Below, piece by piece: positions 36,948 to 49,203 of a DNA stretch of 49,203 nucleotides. The position numbers and the translations under genes are program-made. A model generated the notes under the pieces. That model saw only the letters and a list, made by a program, of their open reading frames with translations, was not told the DNA's origin and did no database searches. Source of the stretch: Pseudoalteromonas sp. Lineage in GTDB: Bacteria > Pseudomonadota > Gammaproteobacteria > Enterobacterales > Alteromonadaceae. The stretch lies in assembly GCA_050288805.1 (NCBI GenBank), contig JBNKEN010000215.1:1-49203 (forward strand), given 5' to 3'. Within the stretch, counting starts at the first letter, position 1, and every line of letters begins with the position of its first letter.

Positions 36948-38582
36948 ATGGAATCGCAACGCACGTTTTTATTTATCGGTTTGCTGCTGGTATCGTTTTT
37001 GTTATTTCAGCAATGGAATCTCGATTACAATACACCCAAGCAGATCGATAGCAGTGCCACAACTCAAGTAATCCCTTCAAATGCCAAGGCCGATGACAAC
37101 TTCATCCCTGAATCCGATCAGGCGGCACAGGAACAACCAGCTGCTCCGCAACGTAACCTGATCACCGTAGATACCGACGTACTTAAGGTCACCATTGACA
37201 CCTTAGGCGGCGATATCGTCGAAGCGGACCTGGTTAAGTTTGAAGAAACCTTGGGCAGCAATACTCCCTTCATGCTGCTAGGTCAGTTCGAAGGCAAGCA
37301 GTACTTCTCACAAAGTGGTTTGGTTGGCCTTAACGGCCCGGATAGTAATCCAGCCGGTCGCCCGGTTTACAGCACAGAAAAAGCCCATTTCGCTTTATCC
37401 GACGATGAGCTGCGCGTACCGCTTTATTACACGGACGCCAAGGGCGTTAAATACACCAAGACCTATGTTTTTAAAGCAGGTCAGTACCACGCTCAACTCG
37501 AGTACCTGGTAGATAATGCCAGCGCCGCGCCGGTTCAGGTGCAACTTTACACCCAAATCAAGCGCTCCGTTCAGGAAAAAGGCGGTATGGTCGATCAAAC
37601 CTATCTGGGTGCAGCCTATGGCCTTGAAGAAGAGCCTTACGAGAAATATTCTTTCTCCGATATGGCCGACAAAAACCTCAATAAGACCACTCAGGGCGGC
37701 TATGTAGCCTTTATCCAGCATTATTTCGTCAGCGCCTGGGTTCCGGAGCAAAATCAGCAAAATACCGTATACAGTCGTCTGATCTCTAACGATGCGGCTA
37801 TTATCGGCATCAAGGGTGAGGCACAAAATATTGCAGCAGGCCAAACAGCGCTATTGTCTGCAACCTATTATATGGGCCCTAAAGACAGCGATGCGCTGGA
37901 AGCCCTGCAGCCGGATCTGGATCTGACGGTCGACTACGGCTGGCTGTGGTTTATTTCACAACCTCTGTTCAATCTGCTGAAATGGCTGTACGGCCTGCTG
38001 GGCAACTGGGGTCTGGCTATTATCGCCATCACTGTGATAGTGAAAAGCCTGCTGTATCCGCTTACCAAGGCGCAGTACACCTCGATGGCGAAAATGCGCA
38101 TGCTGCAGCCTAAGATGACGGCGCTGAAGGAAAAGTATGGCGACGACCGCCAGAAATTCGGCCAAGCCATGATGGAGCTGTATCGCAAGGAAAAAGTAAA
38201 TCCGATGGGCGGCTGCTTCCCTCTGTTGCTGCAAATGCCTATCTTCCTCGCGCTTTTCTATGTATTCCTGGAGTCTACAGAACTTCGCCACGCGGGCTTT
38301 ATGCTGTGGCTGAATGACCTGTCGGCAAAAGACCCCTACTTCGTTCTGCCGATTCTGTTCGGCGCCAGTATGTTCCTGACACAAAAGCTGCAGCCCATGA
38401 CGGTCACCGACCCGATGCAGCAGAAGATGATGACCTGGATGCCGGTGGTATTCTCCGTCTTCTTCCTGTGGTTCCCGTCCGGCCTGGTGCTTTACTGGCT
38501 GGTATCTAACCTGATTTCTATCGCCCAGATGTTGATCATCTATCGCGGCATGGAGAAAAAAGGCATTAAGGTACGCGGATAA
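36948..38582 (+). CDS. yidC: Membrane protein insertase YidC
   Basis: Motifs [25 protein letters not shown] and PSGLVLYW. Confidence 0.98.
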   Translation: MESQRTFLFIGLLLVSFLLFQQWNLDYNTPKQIDSSATTQVIPSNAKADDNFIPESDQAAQEQPAAPQRNLITVDTDVLKVTIDTLGGDIVEADLVKFEETLGSNTPFMLLGQFEGKQYFSQSGLVGLNGPDSNPAGRPVYSTEKAHFALSDDELRVPLYYTDAKGVKYTKTYVFKAGQYHAQLEYLVDNASAAPVQVQLYTQIKRSVQEKGGMVDQTYLGAAYGLEEEPYEKYSFSDMADKNLNKTTQGGYVAFIQHYFVSAWVPEQNQQNTVYSRLISNDAAIIGIKGEAQNIAAGQTALLSATYYMGPKDSDALEALQPDLDLTVDYGWLWFISQPLFNLLKWLYGLLGNWGLAIIAITVIVKSLLYPLTKAQYTSMAKMRMLQPKMTALKEKYGDDRQKFGQAMMELYRKEKVNPMGGCFPLLLQMPIFLALFYVFLESTELRHAGFMLWLNDLSAKDPYFVLPILFGASMFLTQKLQPMTVTDPMQQKMMTWMPVVFSVFFLWFPSGLVLYWLVSNLISIAQMLIIYRGMEKKGIKVRG

Positions 38583-38598
38583 TTCGCAATACTGACTT

Positions 38599-38627
38599 AA
38601 AAAGGCGGCCTTCACGGCCGCTTTTTT
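38599..38627 (+). terminator. Intrinsic terminator after yidC
   Basis: GCGGCC-ttcac-GGCCGC followed by TTTTTT. Confidence 0.85.
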
Positions 38628-38701
38628 GTGCCTTTCCTCACATAGCGACACACCCGCCTTTCGGTTACAATAGCGGCAAATTTCACGCAGCAAGTGCAAC
38701 C

Positions 38702-40066
38702 ATGCAGAATCAAGACACTATCGTAGCGCAGGCTACGGCTCCGGGCCGCGGCGGCGTCGGGATTATTCGCGTCTCAGGCGCCTTGGCCAAAAACGTCGCC
38801 GAGCGCATTCTCGGCCATTGCCCCAAAACCCGTTATGCGGAATACCTGGCATTTAGCAGCCTCGACGGCGAACAGTTGGATCAGGGTATCGCCCTGTATT
38901 TTGCCGGCCCGAACTCCTTTACCGGCGAAGACGTATTGGAACTGCAAGGCCACGGCGGCCCCGTTGTACTGGACATGTTGATCAAGGAAATAAGCAAGCT
39001 CGACGGTGTTCGTCTCGCCAAACCAGGTGAATTTTCCGAACGCGCCTTTCTTAACGATAAACTCGATCTCGCACAGGCCGAAGCGATTGCCGACTTGATC
39101 AATGCCACCTCAGAGCAGGCGGCCAAGAGCGCTCTGCACTCGCTGCAAGGGGAATTTTCCAATCGTATTTCCGGGTTGGTGGAAAAGGTAATCCATCTGC
39201 GCATGTACGTGGAAGCGGCCATCGACTTCCCTGACGAAGAGATCGACTTTCTGTCCGACGGTAAGGTTGCCGGCGATCTTGACGCTATCATCACCCAATT
39301 GGAATCGGTGACCGATCAGGCCAAACAGGGCGCTATGATGCGCGAGGGCATGCGTGTTGTTATCGCCGGCCGTCCGAATGCGGGTAAATCCAGCCTGCTC
39401 AACGCCCTTGCCGGCCGCGAAGCGGCGATCGTTACCGACATCGCCGGCACCACTCGTGACGTACTGCGCGAGCATATCCATATCGACGGCATGCCTTTGC
39501 ACATCATAGATACCGCCGGTCTCAGGGAAAGCCCGGACAAGGTAGAGCAGATAGGCATAGAACGCGCGTGGGAAGAAATAAACCAGGCCGATCGCGTCCT
39601 CTTTATGCTGGACGGCACCGACAATAAGGAAACCGATCCCCATGCCATCTGGCCTGAATTTATGGATCGTCTGCCCGCAGGGTTAGGTGTCACCGTGATC
39701 CGTAACAAGGCAGATATTTCCGGCGATACCATAGGCCTTGACGAACAAGGCGCCTACCCGGTGATCCGCCTGAGCGCGAAAAATGCAGAAGGTATCGAGC
39801 TGGTCAGGGAACACCTGAAAACCTGTATCGGTTACCAGGGCGCGACGGAAGGCGGTTTTATGGCCCGCCGTCGTCATCTCGATGCCCTCGCCAACGCCGC
39901 TACGCACCTGTATACCGGCAAAGAACAGCTTGAATTGCATATCGCCGGCGAACTGCTGGCGGAAGAACTGCGTCTGGCCCAGCAATACCTCAACGAGATC
40001 ACCGGTGAATTCACCTCCGACGATCTGCTCGGCAAGATCTTCAGCTCTTTCTGTATCGGTAAATAA
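38702..40066 (+). CDS. mnmE: tRNA modification GTPase MnmE (TrmE)
   Basis: Motifs [22 protein letters not shown] and C-terminal FCIGK. Confidence 0.98.
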   Translation: MQNQDTIVAQATAPGRGGVGIIRVSGALAKNVAERILGHCPKTRYAEYLAFSSLDGEQLDQGIALYFAGPNSFTGEDVLELQGHGGPVVLDMLIKEISKLDGVRLAKPGEFSERAFLNDKLDLAQAEAIADLINATSEQAAKSALHSLQGEFSNRISGLVEKVIHLRMYVEAAIDFPDEEIDFLSDGKVAGDLDAIITQLESVTDQAKQGAMMREGMRVVIAGRPNAGKSSLLNALAGREAAIVTDIAGTTRDVLREHIHIDGMPLHIIDTAGLRESPDKVEQIGIERAWEEINQADRVLFMLDGTDNKETDPHAIWPEFMDRLPAGLGVTVIRNKADISGDTIGLDEQGAYPVIRLSAKNAEGIELVREHLKTCIGYQGATEGGFMARRRHLDALANAATHLYTGKEQLELHIAGELLAEELRLAQQYLNEITGEFTSDDLLGKIFSSFCIGK

Positions 40067-40071
40067 TCCCC

Positions 40072-40096
40072 GGGGAAACCTTGTTTCCCCCTCTTT
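40072..40096 (+). terminator. Hairpin after mnmE, possible terminator
   Basis: GGGGAAAC-ctt-GTTTCCCC followed by an imperfect U-tract. Confidence 0.5.
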
Positions 40097-40169
40097 CACC
40101 GCGGTTTTCAAAGTAGCACTTAGCGGGTTTGCGTCTACGCTTAGATAAAAACCGACAAGTCGCTGCGCC

Positions 40170-41528
40170 ATGTTTTCGCTGGAATATTTAAACCTCTCTT
40201 CGCTCGGCAAACTCTCCGCCAAATTACAAAAGCTGATAGAACGAAAGTTATGGCTTCAGGTCATCGTGGGCTTGCTCTTCGGAGTGCTGGTGGGCGTTCT
40301 GCTCGGCCCGGATCTCGGGTTACTGGAAGCAAAGACCGCGCTGCTTATTTCGAGCTGGCTCGCCCTGCCAGGCCACCTTTTTCTTGCCCTGATCCAGATG
40401 ATAGTGGTGCCGTTGGTCCTCGCCTCCGTAATGCGCGGGCTGACCGCCGCAACCAATATGAATCAACTCAAGCTGCTTGGTCTTTACGGCGGACTTTTCT
40501 TTCTTATCACCACGGCATTCTCTTCCACCACGGGGATCCTGGTTGCCGAATGGATAGATCCGGGCAGTTATATTGATTCGGCACAAATAAGAGCCTCTAT
40601 GGCCCAGGAAACATTCTCTCCGGCAACCAAGGCCGCGTTGCCCAGCTTATCTGAACTGCCGCAGCAGGTCGTCGGCTTGCTGCCGAACAACCCGTTGGAA
40701 TCTTTTTCCTCCGGTGACATGCTGCGTATCGTGGTTTTCGCCATCGTCTTCGGCATTGCGCTGCTCAGCATTCCTACCGACAAGTCCGCCCCCCTCTATG
40801 CCCTGCTGGGAAGTATTCAGGAGGTATGCATGGCCATTGTTGCCTGGGCCATGCGAATCGCTCCCTTGGCCGTCTTCGGCCTGATAGCCAAACTCACCTC
40901 GACCGTGGGGTTAAACGTGCTGGCGGGAATGTTGGTCTATGTGTTCACTGTACTGCTCGGCCTTATGCTTGTAGCCACCCTATATTTTCTGCTGATTGCG
41001 TTTTATACGCAGACCAAGTTATCCCTATTTATTGCCAATGTCCGAGAGGTGCTGCTTCTTGCCTTTTCTACCTCAAGCTCCGCCGCGGTGATGCCGTTGA
41101 CGATAAAAGCGCTCGAAGAAAGGGTGCACGTCAGCGCAACCACGGTGCGTTTTCTTATTCCCCTCGGTGCAACCATCAACATGGCGGGAACGGCGCTATA
41201 TCAGGCGGTCGCCACCGTTTTTCTGGCGTCCATATTTGGCGTCGAACTCGATTCAAGCGCGATTTTGCTGATCGTTACCATGACTATCTTTGCCAGTATG
41301 GGTTCACCGGCAACTCCAGGAGCCAGCATAGTGATTCTCGCCATGATGCTGGACAATATAGGGATCCCTCAGGCTGGCCTGGCACTCCTGCTTGGGGTCG
41401 ACAGGATCCTCGATATGTGCAGAACCGTCGTCAATGTATTGGGTGATATGACGGCGGCTTTAGTTGTCGATAAAATAAGCAAAGACGTCTCAACACAGGC
41501 AACAAACGCGCCCGACGAGCCCGTTTAA
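40170..41528 (+). CDS. Dicarboxylate/amino acid:cation symporter (DAACS, GltP-like)
   Basis: Motifs AFSTSSSAAVMP, PLGATINMAGTALY and GVDRILDMCRTVVNVLGD. Confidence 0.93.
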   Translation: MFSLEYLNLSSLGKLSAKLQKLIERKLWLQVIVGLLFGVLVGVLLGPDLGLLEAKTALLISSWLALPGHLFLALIQMIVVPLVLASVMRGLTAATNMNQLKLLGLYGGLFFLITTAFSSTTGILVAEWIDPGSYIDSAQIRASMAQETFSPATKAALPSLSELPQQVVGLLPNNPLESFSSGDMLRIVVFAIVFGIALLSIPTDKSAPLYALLGSIQEVCMAIVAWAMRIAPLAVFGLIAKLTSTVGLNVLAGMLVYVFTVLLGLMLVATLYFLLIAFYTQTKLSLFIANVREVLLLAFSTSSSAAVMPLTIKALEERVHVSATTVRFLIPLGATINMAGTALYQAVATVFLASIFGVELDSSAILLIVTMTIFASMGSPATPGASIVILAMMLDNIGIPQAGLALLLGVDRILDMCRTVVNVLGDMTAALVVDKISKDVSTQATNAPDEPV

Positions 41529-41581
41529 GGTGCAAATTTCCTGTTTATTTAGAACAAATAGACATGAAACAGGCCAGAAAG

Positions 41582-41907
41582 GATCTATACAGAAATATGC
41601 TTTTATTAATAACGATCCGAATCTTGAATAGATCTATCCACAACGGAGATCCTTTTAGACATTTTCCTTCATACCTCTCGCTACATCGATTATTTAGCGC
41701 GATCAAGCTGACCAGACGAAGTACTTGCCCCAAGAAAGATCCCCGCTTATCAACAAGAAGATCAACCTATTTTTTAAGTTATAATCCTTATTTAACAATG
41801 CATTAAGCCTTAGCGCTCATTAAACGAGCAATACTGATTTATCCACTTTAGACAAAACGCCCTTTCACCCAGGTCCCAATTTCACTATGATCCCCTTAAT
41901 TCGGATC
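41582..41907. promoter_or_regulatory. GATC-rich region with DnaA-box-like motifs upstream of mioC
   Basis: Nine GATC; CTATCCACA at 41634-41642, TTATCAACA at 41747-41755 and TTATCCACT at 41839-41847. Confidence 0.7.
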
Positions 41908-41922
41908 AAGCCAGTAACTTAA

Positions 41923-42375
41923 ATGGAAACCAGAATTCACCTGATCGTCGGCAGTCAAATGGGCAATGCCGAATATGTCGCCGAGCAAATAGCCGAAGAA
42001 TTTGGCGCTAAATCAATAAAATATGAACTTCATTTGAGCCCGGAACTGGCCCAGATAAACAGGCAAAAAGGCGTCTGGCTGATCTGTACCTCAACCTATG
42101 GTGCCGGTGATTACCCCGATAACTTGCTCAATTTTGTGTCCGAGATCGAAGCTTCAGATCTGACAGGTCTCGCGTACGGCCTGATAGGAATAGGTGATCG
42201 CAGTTATGACACCTTTAACCAGGCGGCTGCAAAATTGGATCTCCTGCTGCAGGAAAAAGGCGCAAAACGCATCGCCGACAGACTGGAAATAGATGTGCTT
42301 GAGCCTGAGTTACCCGAAGATCAGGCACTTGAATGGCTTCCCGGCTGGCTTTCTGCGGTTAATGATGAAAAATGA
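41923..42375 (+). CDS. mioC: Flavodoxin MioC
   Basis: Motifs GSQMGNAEYVA, TSTYGAGDYPDN and GDRSYDTF; adjacent to oriC. Confidence 0.92.
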   Translation: METRIHLIVGSQMGNAEYVAEQIAEEFGAKSIKYELHLSPELAQINRQKGVWLICTSTYGAGDYPDNLLNFVSEIEASDLTGLAYGLIGIGDRSYDTFNQAAAKLDLLLQEKGAKRIADRLEIDVLEPELPEDQALEWLPGWLSAVNDEK

Positions 42376-42384
42376 GTTAATTGG

Positions 42385-42725
42385 CAATGATCTGAAAGAC
42401 GATCTTTATCAATAAGTTATATACAGGAAGGTATATTTTCACGGTCTCATGTGGATAACCGATGATTATCCTGCGTTTTTAACCATGATTATGCACTGAA
42501 TAAAAATATAGGCAGATCTCAATGTGGATAAAACGCGATCTTGATCAAAGGATATCAGCCGTTAGATCCGATCATACTAACAGTTATAGATCTGTTTCAA
42601 TAAATTGTATTTAAAAGGAAAAAATAGGTTATCAACAGAAGATCGCGATACTAAATATAAGATCAATAAAAGATCTTTTAAAAGATCCTTTATTTTATAT
42701 AAGATCAACCTCGCAGATCCTGAAC
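42385..42725. other. Chromosomal replication origin oriC
   Basis: Between mioC and mnmG. DnaA boxes TTATATACA (42417), TGTGGATAA (42450 and 42523) and TTATCAACA (42629); IHF-like TTTCAATAAATTG (42595); dense GATC; AT-rich GATC-headed DUE-like repeats at about 42640-42710. Confidence 0.93.
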
Positions 42726-42813
42726 ATTATTTAACCGTTTCCCTTCGCTCTATTTACAGGTAGAATACGCTCCCTTTCCGATTTTGCTGGTTAATTTAAG
42801 TAGGATCCTATTG

Positions 42814-44703
42814 ATGATTTTTCACGAAGAATTTGACGTTATCGTTGTTGGCGGAGGACATGCAGGTACCGAAGCAGCTTTGGCATCGGCCCGCATGGGA
42901 ATGAATACCCTGCTGTTAACGCACAATATGGATACGTTAGGTCAAATGTCTTGTAATCCGGCCATTGGCGGGATCGGAAAAGGCCATCTTGTAAAAGAGA
43001 TCGATGCCCTGGGTGGCGCCATGGCGAAAGCCATTGATCTGGGCGGGATCCAATTCCGCACTTTGAATTCTTCGAAAGGCCCTGCGGTAAGAGCGACTCG
43101 CGCACAGGCCGATCGTGCGCTGTATAAAGCCGCCATCCAAAAGATTCTGCAAGAACAAGAAAACCTGAAGATCTATCAGCAATCTTGTGATGATCTGATC
43201 GTAGAGAATGATCGTGTTACCGGTGTTGTCACTCAGATGGGTCTGAAGTTTCGCGGTAAGGCGGTGGTACTGACGGTCGGTACTTTCCTGGGCGGACAGA
43301 TCCATATAGGCCTTGAGAACTACAAGGGCGGACGCGCCGGCGATCCGCCGTCAATCGCTCTGGCTCAGCGTTTACGCGAAATGCCATTTAGAGTTGATCG
43401 CCTTAAAACCGGTACTCCGCCGCGCATCGACGCACGTACCGTTGATTTCAGTATTATGCAGGCGCAGCCTGGTGATACCCCGACACCTGTGTTTTCTTTC
43501 ATGGGGAAAGCAAGTGATCACCCACAACAAATCCCTTGCTATATCACCTACACCAATGAAAAAACACACGATGTGATCCGTAATAATCTCGATCGTTCGC
43601 CCATGTATTCAGGTGTGATTGAAGGGATTGGCCCGCGTTATTGCCCGTCTATCGAAGATAAGATCGTGCGTTTCGCGGATAAAGAAAAACACCAGATCTT
43701 TGTTGAACCGGAAGGCCTGACCACCTACGAACTCTACCCTAACGGGATCTCAACCAGTTTGCCGTTTGATGTGCAGGTTGAAATCGTGCGTTCGATCAAG
43801 GGATTCGAAAACGCCCATATTTGCCGCCCTGGTTATGCCATCGAGTATGATTTCTTTGATCCGCGTGATCTCAAGCAGTCTCTGGAAACCAAATTTATCA
43901 ACGGCCTGTTCTTTGCTGGCCAAATCAACGGTACCACGGGCTATGAAGAAGCCGGCGCGCAAGGTCTGATTGCCGGGATGAATGCCGCTTTGCTGGTACA
44001 GGGCAAAGATGCCTGGACACCGCGTCGTGACGAGGCCTACGTTGGTGTATTGATCGACGATCTGGCTACCTTGGGAACCAAAGAACCGTATCGTATGTTT
44101 ACCAGCCGCGCGGAATACCGTTTGCTGTTGCGCGAAGACAATGCGGATCTGCGTTTAACCGAACAGGGACGCAAGTTGGGCTTGGTCGACGATGAGCGTT
44201 GGCAGGCGTTTAACGAAAAGCTCGAAGTAATTGAGCAGGAAACCCAGCGTTTGCGTTCAACCTGGATCCACAAGGATCACCCTGCCTTCAATGAGGTAAA
44301 CACGCTGCTGAAATCACCCATGACCCGCGAGGCGAGTCTGGAAGATCTGATCCGTCGCCCGGAAGTCAGCTACAACGAGTTGATGAAAATCGATGGCCTG
44401 GCGTCCGAATCCGACAATCAACAGGCGCTGGAACAGGTGGAGATCCAAACCAAGTACGCGGGTTACATTGCTCGCCAACAGGATGAGATCAACAAACAAC
44501 TGCGCCACGAACAAACCCTGCTTCCGGGTGAGTTCGATTACTCGCAGGTTTCCGGCCTGTCCAACGAAGTCGTTGCCAAGCTGACGGACGCGCGCCCGCA
44601 AACCATAGGTCAGGCATCGCGTATTTCTGGTATCACCCCGGCCGCTATTTCGCTATTATTGGTGTATCTGAAAAAGCAAGGCATGCTACGTAAAACCGCG
44701 TAG
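42814..44703 (+). CDS. mnmG: tRNA uridine 5-carboxymethylaminomethyl modification enzyme MnmG (GidA)
   Basis: Motifs [28 protein letters not shown] and [12 protein letters not shown]; start at ATG 42814. Confidence 0.98.
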   Translation: MIFHEEFDVIVVGGGHAGTEAALASARMGMNTLLLTHNMDTLGQMSCNPAIGGIGKGHLVKEIDALGGAMAKAIDLGGIQFRTLNSSKGPAVRATRAQADRALYKAAIQKILQEQENLKIYQQSCDDLIVENDRVTGVVTQMGLKFRGKAVVLTVGTFLGGQIHIGLENYKGGRAGDPPSIALAQRLREMPFRVDRLKTGTPPRIDARTVDFSIMQAQPGDTPTPVFSFMGKASDHPQQIPCYITYTNEKTHDVIRNNLDRSPMYSGVIEGIGPRYCPSIEDKIVRFADKEKHQIFVEPEGLTTYELYPNGISTSLPFDVQVEIVRSIKGFENAHICRPGYAIEYDFFDPRDLKQSLETKFINGLFFAGQINGTTGYEEAGAQGLIAGMNAALLVQGKDAWTPRRDEAYVGVLIDDLATLGTKEPYRMFTSRAEYRLLLREDNADLRLTEQGRKLGLVDDERWQAFNEKLEVIEQETQRLRSTWIHKDHPAFNEVNTLLKSPMTREASLEDLIRRPEVSYNELMKIDGLASESDNQQALEQVEIQTKYAGYIARQQDEINKQLRHEQTLLPGEFDYSQVSGLSNEVVAKLTDARPQTIGQASRISGITPAAISLLLVYLKKQGMLRKTA

Positions 44704-44719
44704 TCGAGTTGAATAGACA

Positions 44720-45340
44720 GTGTTAAAACAACAATTAGAAGGTCTGTTAGGGCAAGCTGATATTGCCCTGACCGACAAACAGATCGGGCAGCTGGTTGAT
44801 TATGTCGAGCTGCTCGACAAATGGAATAAGGCCTACAACCTGACGTCGGTACGCGATCCGAAAGAAATGATGGTGAAACACATCATGGACAGCCTGATGG
44901 TTGCTCCCCACCTCAGCGGAAAAAATTATATCGATGTCGGCACCGGACCCGGTCTGCCGGGTATCGTGTTAGCCATCGCCCTACCCGACACCCAGTTTGT
45001 GCTACTTGACAGTCTGGGCAAGCGAGTTCGTTTTTTAACCCAGGTAAAACATGCACTTGGATTAGACAATGTAACCCCGGTACAATCTCGGGTTGAGGAA
45101 TATCAACCAAGTGTTAAATTAGATGGCGTGCTCAGTCGCGCATTCGCATCCTTGCAGGATATGGTCGACTGGTGCCATCATTTGATTGATCAGTCAGGCC
45201 GCTTTATTGCCTTAAAAGGCCAATACCCTGAGCAGGAAATTACCGAATTACCGGGCGATATTTCCTTCGAGCAGGATATCACATTGAGCGTTCCCGGACT
45301 GGATGCCGAACGGCATCTGATAATACTAAAAAAAGTTTAA
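44720..45340 (+). CDS. rsmG: 16S rRNA m7G527 methyltransferase (GidB)
   Basis: Motifs [24 protein letters not shown] and SRAFA. Confidence 0.97.
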   Translation: MLKQQLEGLLGQADIALTDKQIGQLVDYVELLDKWNKAYNLTSVRDPKEMMVKHIMDSLMVAPHLSGKNYIDVGTGPGLPGIVLAIALPDTQFVLLDSLGKRVRFLTQVKHALGLDNVTPVQSRVEEYQPSVKLDGVLSRAFASLQDMVDWCHHLIDQSGRFIALKGQYPEQEITELPGDISFEQDITLSVPGLDAERHLIILKKV

Positions 45341-45355
45341 TATTCAGGGGATACC

Positions 45356-46141
45356 GTGGCTAAAGTCATAGCAATTGCGAACCAAAAAGGCGGTGTGGGT
45401 AAAACCACCACGGCGGTCAATTTGGCGGCTTCCATGGCCGCTACCAAGCGTAGGGTGCTGTTGGTCGATCTTGATCCCCAGGGTAATGCCACCATGGGCA
45501 GCGGCGTCGACAAATACGGCGATATAGCGACGGTTTATGACTTGCTGATCGAAGATAAATCGGTCGACGAGGTGGTGGTTAAAGAAACCTCCGGCGAGTA
45601 CCATCTGGTGGCCGCCAACGGCGATGTGACCGCGGCCGAAGTCAAACTGATGGAACTGTTTGCCCGGGAAGTCAGGTTGCGCAATGCGCTGGACTCGGTC
45701 AGAGACAAATACGATTTCATTTTTATTGATTGTCCACCTTCCCTCAATATGCTGACTGTGAATGCCATGGCCGCCGCCGATTCGGTGCTGGTGCCCATGC
45801 AATGCGAATATTACGCACTTGAGGGCCTGACCGCCCTGATGGATACCATCACCCAACTGGCCAAGCTGGTGAACCCCAAATTACAGATTGAAGGGATTTT
45901 GCGAACCATGTACGATCCGCGCAATCGCCTGGCTAACGATGTATCTGAGCAGCTCAAGCAACACTTTGGTGAAAAAGTGTACCGCACCGTGATCCCTCGT
46001 AACGTTCGTTTAGCCGAAGCGCCAAGTTTTGGTGCGCCGGCCATGTACTACGACAGGGCATCGACCGGCGCCAAAGCGTACCTGGCATTGGCCGGTGAAA
46101 TGCTGCGCCGAAAAGAAAAAAATACTGCTGCGGTCGCTTAA
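45356..46141 (+). CDS. parA: Chromosome partitioning ATPase ParA
   Basis: Motifs NQKGGVGKTTT, DLDPQGN and IDCPP. Confidence 0.97.
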   Translation: MAKVIAIANQKGGVGKTTTAVNLAASMAATKRRVLLVDLDPQGNATMGSGVDKYGDIATVYDLLIEDKSVDEVVVKETSGEYHLVAANGDVTAAEVKLMELFAREVRLRNALDSVRDKYDFIFIDCPPSLNMLTVNAMAAADSVLVPMQCEYYALEGLTALMDTITQLAKLVNPKLQIEGILRTMYDPRNRLANDVSEQLKQHFGEKVYRTVIPRNVRLAEAPSFGAPAMYYDRASTGAKAYLALAGEMLRRKEKNTAAVA

Positions 46142-46160
46142 TCTTCGAGGTAATAAATTC

Positions 46161-47057
46161 ATGTCTGCGAAAAAACGTGGTTTGGGACGGGGCCTGGATG
46201 CCCTGCTAACATCGGCAAAACCTGCGCCCCTGCAAGATGCGGCGGAAATCAACGACAACCCGGTGAATAAGGGCGAGTTGCGTAAGTTGCCGATCGAATT
46301 CCTGAGCCCGGGTAAATACCAACCGCGTAAAGACATGTCGGAAGAAGCACTGGAAGAACTGGCCAGTTCAATTCGTGCCCAGGGCGTGATCCAGCCGATT
46401 GTGGTGCGTACGATCGCTCAGGAACGCTATGAAATTATCGCCGGCGAGCGTCGCTGGCGTGCGGCTCAACTGGCCAAGCTTGACGTAATTCCCTGTTTAA
46501 TCAAGGATGTACCCGATGAAGCTGCCGTTGCGATCGCCCTGATTGAAAATATCCAGCGTGAAGATCTCAATGCCATGGAAGAGGCGATAGCTCTCGAACG
46601 TCTGCTCAAGGAATTTGAATTGACTCATCAGCAGGTTGCCGATGCCGTGGGTAAATCACGTACAACGGTGACCAATCTGTTGCGGCTGAACAACCTCAAC
46701 GACGATGTGAAAATTTTGTTAGAGCATGGCGACATCGAAATGGGCCATGCCCGTTGTCTGCTCGCCCTTGAGGGTGAAAGTCAGTCTGAAGCGGCGCGTC
46801 ATGCGGTCGCCAAGGCGCTGACCGTACGTGAAACCGAGAAGCTGGTACGGACGATTTTGGAACCGACTCCACCCAAGGAAACAAAAGAAAAAGACCCTGA
46901 TGTCAAACAGTTAGAAGAACAGTTGGCGGAAAATCTGGGCGCCAGAGTAGACATCAGTTACAACCAGAAAGGCAAAGGTAAGCTGGTTATTTCTTATGCT
47001 AATCTGGAAGAGCTCGACGGCATTCTGGAGCGAATCAATCCCGGCATGGCGGGTTGA
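46161..47057 (+). CDS. parB: Chromosome partitioning protein ParB
   Basis: GLGRGLDALL, IAGERRWRA, ENIQREDL and an HTH; start at ATG 46161. Confidence 0.97.
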   Translation: MSAKKRGLGRGLDALLTSAKPAPLQDAAEINDNPVNKGELRKLPIEFLSPGKYQPRKDMSEEALEELASSIRAQGVIQPIVVRTIAQERYEIIAGERRWRAAQLAKLDVIPCLIKDVPDEAAVAIALIENIQREDLNAMEEAIALERLLKEFELTHQQVADAVGKSRTTVTNLLRLNNLNDDVKILLEHGDIEMGHARCLLALEGESQSEAARHAVAKALTVRETEKLVRTILEPTPPKETKEKDPDVKQLEEQLAENLGARVDISYNQKGKGKLVISYANLEELDGILERINPGMAG

Positions 47058-47121
47058 TTTGTCGCCACGAAATACGCACCGTCCGGGCGGTGCCTCCCTC
47101 CTGAAATTCGTCCTGTCCAAG

Positions 47122-47149
47122 TTGCAAACTGACCAAAAATAAGTATAAT
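47122..47149 (+). promoter_or_regulatory. Putative atp operon promoter
   Basis: TTGCAA-16 bp-TATAAT. Confidence 0.65.
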
Positions 47150-47202
47150 TTCGCCAGTTTTCCGGCCCTGATAAATTTTTGCGTCTTTAAGGTTAATAAA
47201 AC

Positions 47203-47583
47203 GTGAAAAATAGTTTGACGAGTCCGTTACGGCTCGCCGCATTTAGAATGGTTTTTATTCAGGCCGTCGTAGCAACGCTAGCTGCAGTAATAGTTTTAGT
47301 TGGTTGGGGAGTGGATGCCGGGTTGTCAGCCTTGATAGGCGGACTTGTGGCGGTACTCCCTAATTTTGTATTTGCCGCTTACGCATTCAGATATGTGGGT
47401 GCAAGCAAGGCAAAACAAGTGTTTGCCTCGTTCAAACGAGGCAGCGGATTAAAATTTCTGCTAACGATTTTTTTGTTCACACTGATTTTTAAGTTCTATC
47501 CGGTTGTGGCTCTGCCCTTTTTTTGCGGATTTATATCAGTGATGTTCACACAATGGTTGGCGCCGATTTTTTTTAATCATTAA
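47203..47583 (+). CDS. atpI: ATP synthase protein I
   Basis: Four hydrophobic segments, SALIGG...LPN motif; first gene of the atp operon. Confidence 0.9.
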   Translation: MKNSLTSPLRLAAFRMVFIQAVVATLAAVIVLVGWGVDAGLSALIGGLVAVLPNFVFAAYAFRYVGASKAKQVFASFKRGSGLKFLLTIFLFTLIFKFYPVVALPFFCGFISVMFTQWLAPIFFNH

Positions 47584-47595
47584 CTTTTGGGATAA

Positions 47596-48429
<834 letters not shown>

Positions 48430-48470
48430 GCGCCCTGCTCTACAAAGATTTTTTTTAACTTTAACTTTAA

Positions 48471-48731
<261 letters not shown>

Positions 48732-48785
48732 TTACAGAAAGTACTCAACGCGAACAATAAACTGACTTGTTAAGGAGGAGCGGTC

Positions 48786-49203
48786 GTGAACTTTAACGCC
48801 ACTCTAATTGGTGAATTAATCGCTTTCATCGTTTTCGTATGGTTCTGCATGAAGTTCGTGTGGCCACCACTGAACGGTGCGATCGAAGCTCGCCAAAAGA
48901 AAATCGAAGATGGTTTAGCTGCCTCAGATAAAGCTGAGCAAGACCTGAAACTGGCTCGCGAAAAAGCGACAGCCCAGTTGAAGGACGCAAAGGCAGAAGC
49001 TGCTGAAATCATCGAGCAAGCTAAAAAGCGTGCTGCGCAAATCGTTGACGAAGAGACATCTCGTGGTCACGAAGAGCGTGAAAAAATCATTGCTCAAGGT
49101 CAAGCGGAAGTAGAAGCCGAACGCAACCGTGCCAAGGAAGAACTGCGTAAGCAGGTCGCTGCCCTGGCCATTGCCGGTGCCGAGAAGATCCTTGAGCGCG
49201 AAA
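48786..49203 (+). CDS. atpF: F0 ATP synthase subunit b (runs off the window end)
   Basis: GTG start after AGGAGG; NFNATLIG...[13 protein letters not shown]...IEARQKKI. Confidence 0.96.
   Translation, partial: MNFNATLIGELIAFIVFVWFCMKFVWPPLNGAIEARQKKIEDGLAASDKAEQDLKLAREKATAQLKDAKAEAAEIIEQAKKRAAQIVDEETSRGHEEREKIIAQGQAEVEAERNRAKEELRKQVAALAIAGAEKILERE

Noticed and set aside
41545-41806. 62-aa and 80-aa ORFs upstream of mioC
   Set aside because: Composition is dictated by GATC and DnaA-box motifs; no protein-like features.

Overview
Chromosomal replication-origin region of a marine gammaproteobacterium. Gene order and protein sequences point to Alteromonadales, most likely Pseudoalteromonas (inference). 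The window is mostly core housekeeping: an rrn P1-type promoter at the left edge, yrdA-yrdB-aroE, hemF-tsaC-yrdD-smg-dprA-LysM, def-fmt-rsmB-trkA, trkH-yigZ-pepQ-slt, fadBA, tusA, glyQS, gyrB-recF-dnaN-dnaA, rpmH-rnpA-yidD-yidC-mnmE, mioC-oriC-mnmG-rsmG-parAB and the start of the atp operon. oriC (DnaA boxes, GATC cluster, DUE-like repeats) and two parS sites inside recF are directly visible. I found no mobile element, CRISPR array, tRNA or defence system. The points of interest are small insertions and non-coding signals: (1) a truncated haemoglobin plus a CXXCH heme-c chemoreceptor; (2) a secreted two-EF-hand microprotein with a sigma54-like promoter, an IHF site and a duplicated palindrome, divergent from a PilZ gene; (3) a second origin-like GATC/DnaA-box cluster upstream of mioC; (4) a degenerate intergenic repeat; (5) a subtilase with 11-bp phased repeats upstream. 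None is proven novel from sequence alone. All calls are by eye, without database searches.
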